NCBI RefSeq assembly: GCF_001194135.2
Contig: NC_069002.1
Location: 1,482,112 to 1,515,464 of the forward strand
Length of the DNA: 33,353 nucleotides
Reading direction: 5' to 3'
Origin: Octopus bimaculoides
Taxonomy: Eukaryota
Below are positions 32,881 through 33,353 of the stretch, piece after piece. The translations under genes were made by a program, and so were the position numbers. The notes under the pieces were generated by a model, which was not told the origin of the DNA, searched no databases, and was given only the letters and a program-made list of their open reading frames with translations. Within the stretch, counting starts at the first letter, position 1, and every line of letters starts with the position of its first letter.

Positions 32881-33200
32881 GACGCGTGGCTTAGTGGTTA
32901 GGTTATTCGGCTCACGATCGTGAGGTCGTGAGTTCGATCCGCCGGCGGCGCATTATGTCCTTGAGCAACATTTCATTTCACGATGCTCCAGTTCACCCAG
33001 CTGGCAAAAGTCAGTCGTGTCTGTAATTCAAAGGGGGCCAGCCTTGTCACACTCTGTGTCACGCTGAATCTCTCTGGGAACTACGTTAAGGGTACACGTA
33101 TCTGTGGAGTGCTCAGCCACTTGCACGTTAATTTCACGAGCAGGCTGTTCCGTTGATCGGATCAACTGGAACCCGCATCGTCGTAACCGACGGAGTGCCA
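32881..33200 (+). mobile_element. tRNA-derived SINE family C, apparently full length and well preserved
   Basis: A-box TGGCTTAGTGG (32887-32897), B-box GAGTTCGATCC (32930-32940), V/CORE-like TGTCCTTGAGCAA motif, and a ~250-bp body ending GTCGTAACCGACGGAGTGCC. There is no intact acceptor stem, so it is not a tRNA gene. Confidence 0.85.
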
Positions 33201-33353
33201 GTATTTATACACCAATTATCTATGATTATTTTAAGGACATCAGTTTACACCAAATTCTCCCGACATACACACATACATACACATACACATATATGTTGTA
33301 TATATGTACATAGTAAATATATAGCTATGCAAATATATGTACACACACACACA

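Noticed and set aside
32881-32955. tRNA gene
   Set aside because: The A and B boxes are present, but the acceptor and anticodon stems are imperfect and the sequence continues into a SINE body.

Overview
Eukaryotic (metazoan) non-coding genomic DNA. It is AT-rich and extremely rich in microsatellites, and about 4.0 kb (~12%) is N-gaps in 11 blocks, most flanked by simple repeats. The SINE families and the density of (TA)/(CA)/(GATA)/trinucleotide repeats look like an Octopus (coleoid cephalopod) short-read scaffold; this is inferred from recognition, not from a search. I found no intact host gene, RNA gene or CRISPR array, and almost all supplied ORFs are translations of microsatellites or N-runs. 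The unique-looking islands are mostly transposon fossils: a HERO-like REL LINE 3' end joined to a Tc1/mariner 5' end, a CR1/L2-like RT fragment, two RTE (BovB-like) fragments (RT and APE endonuclease), a Penelope-like GIY-YIG C-terminus, an R4/Dong-like REL LINE 3' end, a TTAA-flanked piggyBac-like MITE, three tRNA-derived SINE families and a fourth repeat family with a (CAA)n tail. The most unusual items are the in-frame RTE-APE/Penelope junction, the microhomology junction between HERO and mariner, the MITE with an internal palindrome, the inverted SINE pairs, and a few motif clusters in unique DNA. I cannot support a claim of a novel functional system from the sequence alone.
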